Source: Bacilli bacterium (GTDB lineage Bacteria > Bacillota_I > Bacilli_A > RFN20 > CAG-826). Taken from it: a DNA stretch of 54,725 nt. This document shows, one piece after another, positions 1-9,811 of this stretch (position 1 is its first letter; each line of letters begins with the position of its first letter). The position numbers were made by a program, and so were the translations under genes. The notes below the pieces were generated by a model, which was not told the DNA's origin, ran no database searches, and worked only from the letters and a program-made list of their open reading frames with translations. The DNA lies in NCBI GenBank assembly GCA_045601325.1, contig JAZRZI010000023.1, positions 1 through 54,725 of the forward strand. The letters are read 5' to 3'.

Positions 1-177
1 AAGATCAACATGGGCTTTAAAAAATAAATCACCAATCTCAAGCGCTTTGAATTCTGGATAACGTTCAATAACTTGTTTGAAATTAAATATCTTAACTTCT
101 CCATTTTTAAAATGGCAAATTAAATCTAATCCTGAATGTGGAACAACGTATGCTAATGGGTGTGATTGATATTTCAT
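1..177 (-). CDS. DUF2442-family protein (putative antitoxin), runs off the window's left edge
   Basis: Not in the ORF track. Hand translation from ATG 177 gives MKYQSHPLAYVVPHSGLDLICHFKNGEVKIFNFKQVIERYPEFKALEIGDLFFKAHVDL, matching the DUF2442 pattern (V.P...L.L.F.NGE.K.F...F..L). RBS AGGAGG lies upstream and the gene follows the DUF4160 gene. Confidence 0.75.
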   Translation of the reverse strand, partial: MKYQSHPLAYVVPHSGLDLICHFKNGEVKIFNFKQVIERYPEFKALEIGDLFFKAHVDL

Positions 178-191
178 AGCTCTTCTCCTCC

Positions 192-440
192 TTATTTAAT
201 CTTTGAGAATTTTTGAATAGCCCACATTTTTTTAAGTTCTTCTTTGTGTTCAAGAACAAACTTAACTACTTCATTTAGTACCTTGTTAGACATTTTACCA
301 GCATCAAGCGTATTGCCGTTTAAGTCTACACTACAGCGTTTATTATTATAAACACCATGAACATGAGGTGGATTATGTTCGTCCATGCTATAGTTCATAT
401 ATATCTCGATACCATTAATTCTGCAATGATAGGCATACAT
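192..440 (-). CDS. DUF4160-family protein (putative toxin of a DUF4160/DUF2442 pair)
   Basis: GIEIYM...EHNPPHVH motif and C-terminal H.EEL..MW; paired with DUF2442. Confidence 0.8.
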   Translation of the reverse strand: MYAYHCRINGIEIYMNYSMDEHNPPHVHGVYNNKRCSVDLNGNTLDAGKMSNKVLNEVVKFVLEHKEELKKMWAIQKFSKIK

Positions 441-532
441 ATAATATATTAAATATAAGATATTTTTTCAATCTTAAATTAAAGATATTTTCTACCGTTC
501 TTATAAAAAGTGAAGTGTTAGAGGCAAGATAA

Positions 533-563
533 GAAAAAGATGATGCTTATTGCACCACCTTTA
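533..563 (-). terminator. Intrinsic terminator downstream of 622..1866
   Basis: Minus strand AGGTGGTGC-AATAA-GCATCATCT followed by a T-run. Confidence 0.65.
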
Positions 564-575
564 ATTATTAGGTTT

Positions 576-618
576 ACCCTCCGTTATAAGTGTTTCATAA
601 GAAGGATTTTAAATCAAT
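576..618. repeat. Hairpin direct repeat, copy 1 (3 nt after the stop of 622..1866)
   Basis: ACCCTCCGTTATAAGTGTTTCATAAGAAGGATTTTAAATCAAT, about 80% identical to 1873-1917. Confidence 0.8.
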
Positions 619-621
619 GAG

Positions 622-1866
622 TTATTCTTGGTTATTAGATTGTTCTTGTTCTAAGTTCTCTTTACCTCTAGGTAACCACTTATAAATAACTCTAATAGCT
701 TTATCATCTAATTTACCTTTTCTATACAAGAAGAAGTAACCTAAGATATAGATGATTAAGAGTAATAAGAATAAGATTCCAATAACTATGCCTGCGATAG
801 CGCCACCAGATAAACCTTTCTTACCTGGTTCAACTGGATCATCAGTTGGATCACCTTCAATAGTAAGCGTTCTTTTCGCGCTTTCATAATCTTGGTGATA
901 AACTTCAATCTTACTAGCTTCACCAATTAAAGAAGCTGGAACTGTCATAGTGAAGTTAGAGTTACTAACACTGCTCATATCAATTTCATTGACTGAGTCA
1001 CCAATCTTAATGACTAACTTCTTAGTGGTAACATCATCACCCCAATATCCAGTAACTTTAACATCACCACTAGTAGTGAACGATGCATTGAGATTACCGA
1101 TTAATGTTGAGAATGTAATGTTATCAAGAAGATTGCCTAATGATAGGGAATATTCACAAGTGCTAACGAAAGCAAATCTTGTAACACTTTGTCCTTCAGG
1201 AATGATATATACACCTTTCGCGTTATACCATGGGTTTTCCATGAATAATTGTTCAACAGATAAGTTAGCTAATTCACTAGCGTTACCATATCCATATGTT
1301 TTACCACTAGGATTAGTAACACCACTGCTACTGAATACTGCTTTAGTGGTTGAATCAATGTGTGGATTGATAGAATCATTGATACCACTAGGATCATTAC
1401 CATCACTCGCACCTATATGTACTTCCATAGTTTGTGGATCCGCTCCATCACATCTAGCTGCATGATCAAGTGTCCAACGAATGACATCACCACCATATGT
1501 AGTTAAGTCTTGATATAAAACAGCAGCGTTATCAGCATTCATCTCTGCAAAGATGCCTTTATCTTCAGGTTCCATTACACCCCATTCATCACATTTAGCG
1601 ATGGTTAATGTTTCAAACCATGAATCAGTTGTGGTCCAACCTTCATCAATGCCTCTTCTTTCTGTTAAGTTAGTAGCGTATATTGCTTCAGTGTCTTCGA
1701 AGTCACCATTGATAATTTGAGTAGGTGTATAGCTACTTTCATTATCTTTATTAACCGTAATAGCGTCTTCCGCTGATGCTTTTTTAAATGTAGATATAGA
1801 TTGACTAGCAGTAACACCTGTTAATAAAATACCGAACAGTGCAGCAGTTTTTAATATTTTGTTCAT
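622..1866 (-). CDS. Secreted surface protein with a jelly-roll/carbohydrate-binding-like domain and C-terminal TM anchor
   Basis: Signal peptide; IINGDFE, FAEMNA...LYQDLTT and GNLLDNITF motifs; GLSGGAIAGIVIG TM followed by a basic tail. Confidence 0.7.
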   Translation of the reverse strand: MNKILKTAALFGILLTGVTASQSISTFKKASAEDAITVNKDNESSYTPTQIINGDFEDTEAIYATNLTERRGIDEGWTTTDSWFETLTIAKCDEWGVMEPEDKGIFAEMNADNAAVLYQDLTTYGGDVIRWTLDHAARCDGADPQTMEVHIGASDGNDPSGINDSINPHIDSTTKAVFSSSGVTNPSGKTYGYGNASELANLSVEQLFMENPWYNAKGVYIIPEGQSVTRFAFVSTCEYSLSLGNLLDNITFSTLIGNLNASFTTSGDVKVTGYWGDDVTTKKLVIKIGDSVNEIDMSSVSNSNFTMTVPASLIGEASKIEVYHQDYESAKRTLTIEGDPTDDPVEPGKKGLSGGAIAGIVIGILFLLLLIIYILGYFFLYRKGKLDDKAIRVIYKWLPRGKENLEQEQSNNQE

Positions 1867-1872
1867 AATAAA

Positions 1873-1917
1873 ACCCTCCGAGTATTAAGTATTTCATAAG
1901 GAGGGTTATAAATCAAT
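1873..1917. repeat. Hairpin direct repeat, copy 2 (contains the RBS of 622..1866)
   Basis: AACCCTCC (1872-1879) and GGAGGGTT (1900-1907) form a perfect inverted repeat. Confidence 0.8.
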
Positions 1918-2089
1918 AAATTAATATAATTAAACAATTTGTATTATTTGTTACTATGAGTTGCTTATGAGCTTCAAATTCCTCTTTTGAAGCTTGATAG
2001 CAACTTAATTTGTCATAAATTTCTTCCAAATCTTCTGGATATAGTTCATTTTGCAAGTTTTGATAGTATTTTGTAAACTCACAAATATC
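1913..2089 (-). pseudogene. Start-less gene remnant, possibly the C-terminal helix of a NERD-domain protein
   Basis: Open frame DICEFTKYYQNLQNELYPEDLEEIYDKLSCYQASKEEFEAHKQLI with no start codon; begins immediately after a terminator. Confidence 0.4.
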
Positions 2090-2091
2090 AT

Positions 2092-2118
2092 AAAAAGAAC
2101 GTGATGAACACGCTCCTA
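2092..2118 (-). terminator. Intrinsic terminator
   Basis: AGGAGCGTG-TTCAT-CACGTTCT plus T-run; similar to the terminator at 3537-3563. Confidence 0.65.
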
Positions 2119-2135
2119 GTTATCAATATATGTGT

Positions 2136-3395
2136 TTATTTGGCTAATCTCAATACAGGTTTATATTCACGATCAAAGTAATATAACCATCCTGAAACAT
2201 GATGATCGTTATGCCAAACATATGTGTTGTATAATCGAGTGGTTGGATTATTCGCATCTACCATTGGGCTTCTTAAAGCCATAATTTCTGGGTTAGAAGA
2301 AGCTCCATTAACAATACGATCGTAATCGCAACTACTTCTTTCAAAATAAGCAGGGTTACCTGTTTCTACTTCTGCAATACTTGGAATATATACTTTATCA
2401 AATGTATTTTCACATGTAAGGAATGAACTACCACAAGTTCCATAAGAAGCAGGGCTATTATCTACTTCAGTAACTAATATCTTATCTTGTTCTTCAGTTG
2501 TGAAATATTTTTCTAAGAACTCACCATTAAGATACTTTCTAAGGTTATAATCTTTATAAGTTCTATTCTCACCACCGACAAAGCTTTGTCCTTCCATAGT
2601 AATATGAGAAATTAATGTATATGATGCATCATCTTCTTCAATGATTGACCATGGAATTGGTTCATATTTGAAATATAGATTCATACTGGTGTTTTTAGGA
2701 ATAGTAACTGTCTTCCCTAAAGATTTATACCACGTATCAGAGTTAGTGATATTGGTGTACTTATAGCAATAATATCTATCCCCGTTATAAGATACATCAT
2801 TATCAATTGGAGTTATATCATTTAGTATATCCATAAGTTCATAATCTGTAACTAAATAGAACGGCCTACTTCCAAAATAGATATATATAGTAGATTTAGT
2901 CCAAGTAGGTGTTAAATATAAATCACCTATATTACCATTGCCTAATGTTTCTACTATGTTACCGTCTTGATCGGCCCAACCAGTAAAATCAAACATATCC
3001 ATTGTAGGATTCTCTAATACAATGTTACCCTCCACTGTGTATGTATATGGATTATCAGGATATGTTAAATAATTACCATATAAAGTAGTGTCGTATTCAA
3101 CTTTATATTCAATGATTTTGTATTTCGCTATTAAAGTCATATCTTCTTGAACTGTATCGAATTTAAAAGACCATTTGATTTTGTTATATGTCCAACTAAT
3201 GAAGTCATATCCTTTTTTAAGTGGTTCTTCTTCCGTAATAGATTCATCAATAAGACTTCCCTTATTAACTTCTATAGAGAAAGTAGGTTCACCATTATTA
3301 GGATCAAATGTCACTGTACATACCTTAGTGGCGTTACATGCTCCTAAAGGAAGCACCATCAATGTTAATAGGCTTAATAATGTAAATTTCTTCAT
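2136..3395 (-). CDS. Lipoprotein with InlB B-repeats and a DUF6273-like C-terminal domain
   Basis: Likely start MKKFTLL at 3395 (RBS GAGGAGG); lipobox LGAC; VTFDPNNG...KKGYDF..W repeats; EPIPW.I, LRKYLN..F and DKVYIPS motifs. Confidence 0.8.
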   Translation of the reverse strand: MKKFTLLSLLTLMVLPLGACNATKVCTVTFDPNNGEPTFSIEVNKGSLIDESITEEEPLKKGYDFISWTYNKIKWSFKFDTVQEDMTLIAKYKIIEYKVEYDTTLYGNYLTYPDNPYTYTVEGNIVLENPTMDMFDFTGWADQDGNIVETLGNGNIGDLYLTPTWTKSTIYIYFGSRPFYLVTDYELMDILNDITPIDNDVSYNGDRYYCYKYTNITNSDTWYKSLGKTVTIPKNTSMNLYFKYEPIPWSIIEEDDASYTLISHITMEGQSFVGGENRTYKDYNLRKYLNGEFLEKYFTTEEQDKILVTEVDNSPASYGTCGSSFLTCENTFDKVYIPSIAEVETGNPAYFERSSCDYDRIVNGASSNPEIMALRSPMVDANNPTTRLYNTYVWHNDHHVSGWLYYFDREYKPVLRLAK

Positions 3396-3536
3396 AGATT
3401 CCTCCTCTTTAAACACATTATAAAAACCATACACTATTTAAGAATGATATTCCAAATATTTTATAAATATAAAAATATCGAAAATCTTATATTTTTTTAA
3501 TATCATTCGATGGTATCAAGTTTTTTATAATTAAAT

Positions 3537-3563
3537 TAAAAGGAACGTGTTTCCACATTCCTA
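3537..3563 (-). terminator. Intrinsic terminator
   Basis: AGGAATGTG-GAAA-CACGTTCCT plus T-run. Confidence 0.7.
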
Positions 3564-3568
3564 TAATG

Positions 3569-4108
3569 TTATCTAATGCAATATAACGTATATGCTTTCG
3601 CTACTGCTATATGAGTTTTGATTTCTTTTGGTAACGCTAGTGAATAGTCTAAGTTATATCTCTCAATAGCGAGCTTCATATTGTTAGATATATCTATCAC
3701 ACTACTACTAGATATATCGTTTAATGATTTATACCCAGATAGACAATATAATCTTGCTCTAGTTTCCTTAACTCCAGGTAATAAGAAAAGTTCTTTATAC
3801 GATTCTTTTTCATCTACAGATATATCTAACTTATTAATGATGTTCAATTTGGATTCATCAACTTCATACATCACTAAAAATCTTTTAAATAGATTAACTA
3901 GTTCTGTAGAACCTAAACATTTCAAAAGAATGTTATTAGAACTATCTAAAAAGCAATCATAGTTAGTAAGAATGTCATTCTTCTTTAGTTCACTAACTAG
4001 TAATGTCTTATAAGGTATCAAAGGATAATATCTAGATAAGATTGCGTCTTTATCTAACAATATCTCAATAGCTTCTATCTTATATAACATTTGAACTTTT
4101 TTGTTCAT
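3569..4108 (-). CDS. DUF4332-like helix-hairpin-helix protein
   Basis: ELFLLPGVKETRARLY..SGYKSL is an HhH-type motif. Confidence 0.55.
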   Translation of the reverse strand: MNKKVQMLYKIEAIEILLDKDAILSRYYPLIPYKTLLVSELKKNDILTNYDCFLDSSNNILLKCLGSTELVNLFKRFLVMYEVDESKLNIINKLDISVDEKESYKELFLLPGVKETRARLYCLSGYKSLNDISSSSVIDISNNMKLAIERYNLDYSLALPKEIKTHIAVAKAYTLYCIR

Positions 4109-4111
4109 ATA

Positions 4112-6514
4112 TTATAAGTCAGACACTGAAAGTATCATTGCAGGACGAACACCACTGTTGTTATATGTATCTAAGATTTGTCCACTGCCAGTAGTGCTAA
4201 TTGCGTTTGCGTATACAGAGTTACCACTATCGGTTGAACGTGTGTAATAGTATGTGCCGTTTAAGTAAGCTTGATTTGTGTTAAGAGAGCAGCCTTTTGC
4301 TCTTAACCAATCTGTAGTAACACCCAATCTCTTTGGGCAATTGGAATTCCAGCTCTTTAAGAATCCATAACTTGTATTTTGATAATCATCCGCAGTTAAT
4401 AAGAACAAGTAGTCATCTGTATTATTTGCTTTAGTGGCAACATATCCTTGTCTAACACAGTAGTCAGTGTTAGGGATGTTAGATAGCTTAACGTAATCGT
4501 TATTTAAGTTAAATACTGCTGGATACATTTCGTTATTTAAGAATCTTCTCATCGCGCTTTCTTCATAAGCGTTATTTGGACGTGGAGGATCACAGAAGTT
4601 ATGAGCATCAATCACTCTTTCAGTTAATAAAAGTGCTTCTCCATCATTATTAGATAAGACGTGCCATTTGATAGGGTCACATCTAAACCAATATTCATCA
4701 TTTTTAACAATTGTGACTCCATCATCAAATTTAATGGAATCATTAGTTGGGTTAGCTTTTACTTTAACGTAATATAAGCCATCGTATTTATACCAACCAT
4801 TAATATCCTTAACTGCGCTTGTATTTAAGTTAGTCACTAATGCTGCATCATTAACATGAGTTTGAGGATATAAACCATAACTAACTGTTTTGCCATCGTT
4901 AGAGAATATAGGTCTAACACCCAATGCGACTTTCTCTTCTTCTGTGTAGAATTTGGCCTTATAGTTAACATCGTTACCAGGCATATTAAATGTATATGTA
5001 GATTTATTGCTCACAAATGTGTCACCGTCATACCAACCTTTAAACGCTACTTCGTTAGCGAGTGTGCATTTAATAGTGATTTCTTCATCTGTATATCCTT
5101 CGCCACTAATAATAGATACTGTACCTTTAGAACTATCTTCAGTAGTTAAATTAATTTCATTTAAGTTCGCGGAGAATATCGCATTTAAAGTAATATCACC
5201 AGTGCTACCTTTATTAATCTTAGTAACACTACTACCTAGTTCATTTTGCCATTCCACGAATGTATAACCTGTTTTGGAAGCATCTAATAATGTCACTTCA
5301 TCTTCAATCGTGTATGTAGATGGGTTATCTTTATTATTTTCTCCATCATTTAAGTTATATGTAATATCGTATTCAATCGCTTCCCAAGCAGCCATTAAAG
5401 AGGCGTTATAATCAACATTCCATTTTCCAGTAAGAGGGATTAAAGTTTCTCCATCATACCAACCAGTAAATTCATAACCATCTCTAGTAGGTGTAGGTAA
5501 TGTATATAATGAATCATATGTCATATCAAATGATGTTTCAGAAACACTACCACCATTAGGGTCTAATGTTACTTGATAGCTATTCGCATCGCTCCAATTA
5601 GCTTCAATAGAAAGCGTGCCAAAATGACCTTTTTCAATCTTAGTGAGAGATTCACCAGTCCTTCTATCAGTCCATCCTAAGAATGTATAGCCTTTCTTAA
5701 CAGGTATTTCTAAGACAAACTCATCTTCAACAGTGTATTCAAGAGGGGCGGTTTCTGAAACGCTGCCACCATTGAGGTAATAGTAAATTTTATAAACAAT
5801 AGGGGTAAATTTCGCATATAAAGTTAAATCACCAATTGTGCCGTAATAAATTCTACTAATATAATCTTTGAATTCAGGATCTAAATACCAACCATCGAAG
5901 TCATATCCTTCTTTATATGCATCTCCTAACCAGAATGATGTATCGCAATCATATGTGGTTGGGTTATCTTCATCGTTAACACCACCATCTAATACGTAAG
6001 TGATTGTATATGTTGTAGGAACATAGTTTGCGTATAAAACCAAATCGCCATAACTGCCAGTAGGGATACAAGTAATCTTTTCAGTGCAGTCATAATCTTT
6101 ATACCAACCTTCAAAGTCATATCCTTCTAAGGTAGTAGGTAATAAGTTAATGTTAGGAGATTCAACGTTATATGAAGTTGGATTAGATTCATTTACTTCA
6201 TCGTACCAAGTGACATATTCAATCGTATATTCAATTGGAGTTCTTTCATATTTAGCAGTGTATGTCATATCACCTTTAATGACTTCTAAGTTAGGTGTCC
6301 AACCACTCCAAACATATGTGTATTGATCAGCTTCTCTAACTGGTACTTTTCCATCGTATTGAGGAACAGTGCCTTTAGGGGCGTCAGTGTCTATTTCTAA
6401 CACTGTGCCGTCATAGTTTTCCCAAGTAATCGTGTAACTACCACTTTTGTTACAACCAGTACAAGATAATGACATTAGTAATGTAAGAGCAATAATGCTT
6501 AATTCTTTCTTCAT
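4112..6514 (-). CDS. InlB B-repeat (Flg_new) lipoprotein with a DUF6273-like C-terminus
   Basis: Lipobox-type signal; about 6 repeats of YTITY.L.GG.N...NP..Y...K.GY.F.GWY; YG.YPQT, PIKW.VL and terminal GVRPAM motifs. Confidence 0.85.
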   Translation of the reverse strand: MKKELSIIALTLLMSLSCTGCNKSGSYTITWENYDGTVLEIDTDAPKGTVPQYDGKVPVREADQYTYVWSGWTPNLEVIKGDMTYTAKYERTPIEYTIEYVTWYDEVNESNPTSYNVESPNINLLPTTLEGYDFEGWYKDYDCTEKITCIPTGSYGDLVLYANYVPTTYTITYVLDGGVNDEDNPTTYDCDTSFWLGDAYKEGYDFDGWYLDPEFKDYISRIYYGTIGDLTLYAKFTPIVYKIYYYLNGGSVSETAPLEYTVEDEFVLEIPVKKGYTFLGWTDRRTGESLTKIEKGHFGTLSIEANWSDANSYQVTLDPNGGSVSETSFDMTYDSLYTLPTPTRDGYEFTGWYDGETLIPLTGKWNVDYNASLMAAWEAIEYDITYNLNDGENNKDNPSTYTIEDEVTLLDASKTGYTFVEWQNELGSSVTKINKGSTGDITLNAIFSANLNEINLTTEDSSKGTVSIISGEGYTDEEITIKCTLANEVAFKGWYDGDTFVSNKSTYTFNMPGNDVNYKAKFYTEEEKVALGVRPIFSNDGKTVSYGLYPQTHVNDAALVTNLNTSAVKDINGWYKYDGLYYVKVKANPTNDSIKFDDGVTIVKNDEYWFRCDPIKWHVLSNNDGEALLLTERVIDAHNFCDPPRPNNAYEESAMRRFLNNEMYPAVFNLNNDYVKLSNIPNTDYCVRQGYVATKANNTDDYLFLLTADDYQNTSYGFLKSWNSNCPKRLGVTTDWLRAKGCSLNTNQAYLNGTYYYTRSTDSGNSVYANAISTTGSGQILDTYNNSGVRPAMILSVSDL

Positions 6515-6722
6515 ACCAATAACTCTCCTATCAACAAGACATTATTATAACATAATGTATTTATGAACAAACAAATTGAGTTGTTTTTAAAATATTTTTA
6601 ATATTATTTTTTGTTGAACCAATCAAAACATTTTAAAAACGCTTTAATCTCGCCAAAGCAAAAGCTTTGTTTTTTTAGATAATTTGCTTGTAAAATATAT
6701 CGTGCTAAAGGAGAAACTATAT

Positions 6723-8576
6723 ATGAATATGAAGAAAGTATCGAAAATATCTTTGCTATCTTTATCGCTATTGATCACTGGATGTGGTTGTAAAGCTAGA
6801 GGATTATTCTATAACCATAAATGGGTGGAAAATACTGACATCCAATATTTAATTAGAAGCGAAGGTCAATTAGATTTAACTGAAAAGGCAACATTCTACA
6901 AGAGTTGTCAATATTGTGGAGAAGCTAGTAAAGAAACATTCACCAGCGATTTAAAAGTATTGGACTTTGCCCCTACTATTAAAAAATCAATCGAAGATAC
7001 AAAGTTAACTTTAAAGTTCAAAGAAGATGGTTCTTTTAAAATCTTAGTTTTAGCGGACCCACAATTTAAGAAAGATTCTATTTCTCCTAGAACTATCGCT
7101 CTTGCGGAGGAACTAGTAGCGAAAGAAAATCCTGACTTTGTCATGCTTCCTGGCGATACCGCTTACGATCCTATAGAAAGCACATTTAAAACTTTCTTAA
7201 CTCAATTAGTTAATCCAATGGAATCAAGACATATTCCATGGGCTAATACATTTGGTAATCATGACTATTCAGGTACGATTGATCCAGAATATACACCTCA
7301 AGCACAAATGGAGATATATCGTTCATTTGATTACTGTTTATCCAGAGATGCTGAACCATCTATTCCTGGATGCAGTAACTATAACTTACCAATCCTTTCT
7401 AGCGATGGTAAGCATGTCGCATATCAATTATGGGCAATGGACACAAAAAACGGTGGTTTTGAATACCAACAAACCGAATGGTATGTTAATACATCACACG
7501 AAATTAAAAAGGAAAACGGCAATGTTCCTATTAACTCTATGATGTTCTTCCATATCCCACTACCAGAAATGAATAACATATACGCTCAGAAGGATGAACC
7601 AGGATTCATTGGTCACGCTGGTGAAGTTCCATGTTCAGAAGCTGGTAATACAGATATGTTCTCTGCGATTAAAGAAGTTAATGAAGTTAGATTAGTCGTT
7701 AACTCTCACGACCATGTCAATGACTTCATCGGTACATATGATGGAGTGACAATGTGTTATTGTTCTTCTATTGGATATCAAGACTATAGAGATGAAGATA
7801 TGATGGGCGCTAGAGTCATTAACTTAAATGAAAATGACTTAACAACATATGAAACTCATATGGTATATGCGAAAGATATCACACATCATTTAGAACCAGC
7901 AGGCACATCCACTAATTTAGAAGACTTAGTAAATAGCAATGAAGATGTATTAGATGCTGAAACCGCATTCACCGATGGACAATACATTTCACAATGTTGG
8001 GATAAAGATGAAACTCCTGCCACTATTGAAATTGAGAGTAACAAAGGTTTTGCTAGTTCAAGTGCGTATAAAGTCACTAAAGGACCAAGCACAAAAGATG
8101 CGGTTAATATCAACTCAAACTTAAGAATCTACTTACCTAATCCAGTCGATATTGCTGATAATAAATACCTAAGAGTGTGGATGGATTTATCTGACGTAGA
8201 GTTTAGAAAAGCATCTTGGGGTGTTATCAGTGATGATAATAAAGATTACAACACAGATAATAACGATAACGCTAATCCAGCTATTCCAATGTATATGTTA
8301 TTTGATAACGACACTAACTGGAGAAATAACCCATTAGGAGGAGATGGATGTTTCGGTCCTGGAGATAACAACGTTTCCTTAAAAGGTTTTAAAGGTTTTA
8401 TGGCCTTTAACTTGAGCGATATGAAAAATACATCAGGAGAAAAACTTCAATCCACCGCTAAGATTAAAGGTATATACTTCTACTTCGATGTAAAGAAAGC
8501 ATATAGAGATAATAACGTTCCATTCTACTTTGATAGAGTTGCGTTATGTGAAGAATATAACGTATTTAAAGCTTAA
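6723..8576 (+). CDS. Metallophosphoesterase lipoprotein (Dcr2/PAP-like) with a C-terminal CBM-like domain
   Basis: RBS AAGGAG before ATG 6723; lipobox ITGC; LKFKEDGSFKIL.LAD.Q, PGD, FGNHD, FFHIP and SHDHVND motifs. Confidence 0.8.
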   Translation: MNMKKVSKISLLSLSLLITGCGCKARGLFYNHKWVENTDIQYLIRSEGQLDLTEKATFYKSCQYCGEASKETFTSDLKVLDFAPTIKKSIEDTKLTLKFKEDGSFKILVLADPQFKKDSISPRTIALAEELVAKENPDFVMLPGDTAYDPIESTFKTFLTQLVNPMESRHIPWANTFGNHDYSGTIDPEYTPQAQMEIYRSFDYCLSRDAEPSIPGCSNYNLPILSSDGKHVAYQLWAMDTKNGGFEYQQTEWYVNTSHEIKKENGNVPINSMMFFHIPLPEMNNIYAQKDEPGFIGHAGEVPCSEAGNTDMFSAIKEVNEVRLVVNSHDHVNDFIGTYDGVTMCYCSSIGYQDYRDEDMMGARVINLNENDLTTYETHMVYAKDITHHLEPAGTSTNLEDLVNSNEDVLDAETAFTDGQYISQCWDKDETPATIEIESNKGFASSSAYKVTKGPSTKDAVNINSNLRIYLPNPVDIADNKYLRVWMDLSDVEFRKASWGVISDDNKDYNTDNNDNANPAIPMYMLFDNDTNWRNNPLGGDGCFGPGDNNVSLKGFKGFMAFNLSDMKNTSGEKLQSTAKIKGIYFYFDVKKAYRDNNVPFYFDRVALCEEYNVFKA

Positions 8577-8588
8577 TTATATCTATAC

Positions 8589-8624
8589 AAAAAGAACTCA
8601 GCCAACATTGGTTGAGTTTTCTTT
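8589..8624. terminator. Bidirectional terminator between convergent genes
   Basis: AAAAAGAACTCAGCCAA-CA-TTGGTTGAGTTTTCTTT. Confidence 0.8.
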
Positions 8625-8637
8625 ATGTCCATATAGA

Positions 8638-9780
8638 TTATTGCTTTTTCTTTCTAAGGAAGAAGAATAGCGCTAATGCGGTGCCTAACACTATTACTCC
8701 ACCTTCAACTGCACAAGCAACGATTAATCCAGTATTGTTACTTTTATCATTACCAGTTTTAGTGGTCATAGAATTAATAGCAATTATTTCATCGATAAGT
8801 GCTTCGATATCTTCACCTTCATAGTAATCGCTAATCATAAAAATAAAGTCATCATAATATTCACGAACTTCATCAGCAGAAGTTGCAGCTTCGATATCGT
8901 TATGAGCCCATTCTGCGCATTCATGTATTGCATCAATACGATAGTCCCAAAAGCTAACTTCACTAATGTCAACAGCGATACCTATTCTATAACTGTAATA
9001 GTTTACAGCTTCTTCGAGTTCAAGTTGCGCTATTGTTGGAGTGGTTTCAAAGAAATATATATATTCTTTATATTCGTGATATATTTCATATGATGTTTCA
9101 TAGTGTTCAATCTTAGGTCTAACTAAGCCACCAATATAGAGAATGTTTTCTTGTTCATTATCAGGGAATCTATCAAGTTGAGTGAATGTCCAATCAATAT
9201 AGTCTAAAGCTTCTTTACGAATTTCTTCTACGATTCTATTGTGCGGTAAGAAATCGTTTTCAAAGTAATCGACAAATTCTTCAAAGATTTCTTCAATTTT
9301 CGCAAAATCCTCAGTAGCGTCAATCTTATCCCATGCTTCTTGAATCTTTTGATCTAATAATGGTTGAGCGGAAGGATCATAACTATAGAACCAAGAATAT
9401 GATTCTATTTCAAATTTATATTTGCTTCTATATTGTTCTAAAGTTGGATATCTTTCGAAAAAGTATTGATCTAAATATTGATTGAAATCTCCCACTGCAG
9501 TAAAGATACGATAAACAGTGTCAGCATCATTGATAATTTTGGTAACTTTTGCTAATTCAGCTTCTAGTTCCTCTCTTGCTTGACCGTCATAGTCATTGAC
9601 ATCCACCATCTCTGCTATTCTACCGAAAGCATCTTCTCTAGCTTCAATAAGTTGTTGCTCATCATCCGCTGCTAAAACAATGGAAACATTAGAAGTATTG
9701 CAATAGGTTTTCAATCCAGAGAATAGGAACGAACCTGCTCCTAACAATGTTAAAAGAAATAATAATGGTTTCTTTTTCAT
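8638..9780 (-). CDS. Secreted acidic helical-repeat surface protein with C-terminal TM anchor
   Basis: Signal peptide, about 3 degenerate ~70-aa helical repeats (GA/DUF1542-like), TM followed by RKKKQ. Confidence 0.6.
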   Translation of the reverse strand: MKKKPLLFLLTLLGAGSFLFSGLKTYCNTSNVSIVLAADDEQQLIEAREDAFGRIAEMVDVNDYDGQAREELEAELAKVTKIINDADTVYRIFTAVGDFNQYLDQYFFERYPTLEQYRSKYKFEIESYSWFYSYDPSAQPLLDQKIQEAWDKIDATEDFAKIEEIFEEFVDYFENDFLPHNRIVEEIRKEALDYIDWTFTQLDRFPDNEQENILYIGGLVRPKIEHYETSYEIYHEYKEYIYFFETTPTIAQLELEEAVNYYSYRIGIAVDISEVSFWDYRIDAIHECAEWAHNDIEAATSADEVREYYDDFIFMISDYYEGEDIEALIDEIIAINSMTTKTGNDKSNNTGLIVACAVEGGVIVLGTALALFFFLRKKKQ

Positions 9781-9811
9781 AGATTGGATCCTCTTTTATT
9801 TATGCTTTATA

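Noticed and set aside
55-70. Suspected frameshift in the DUF2442 gene
   Set aside because: Re-reading shows the frame is continuous (…VIERYPEFKAL…).
2136-6514. DGR target proteins (C-terminal GVRP-like ends)
   Set aside because: No reverse transcriptase and no adenine-mismatched TR/VR pair seen in the window.
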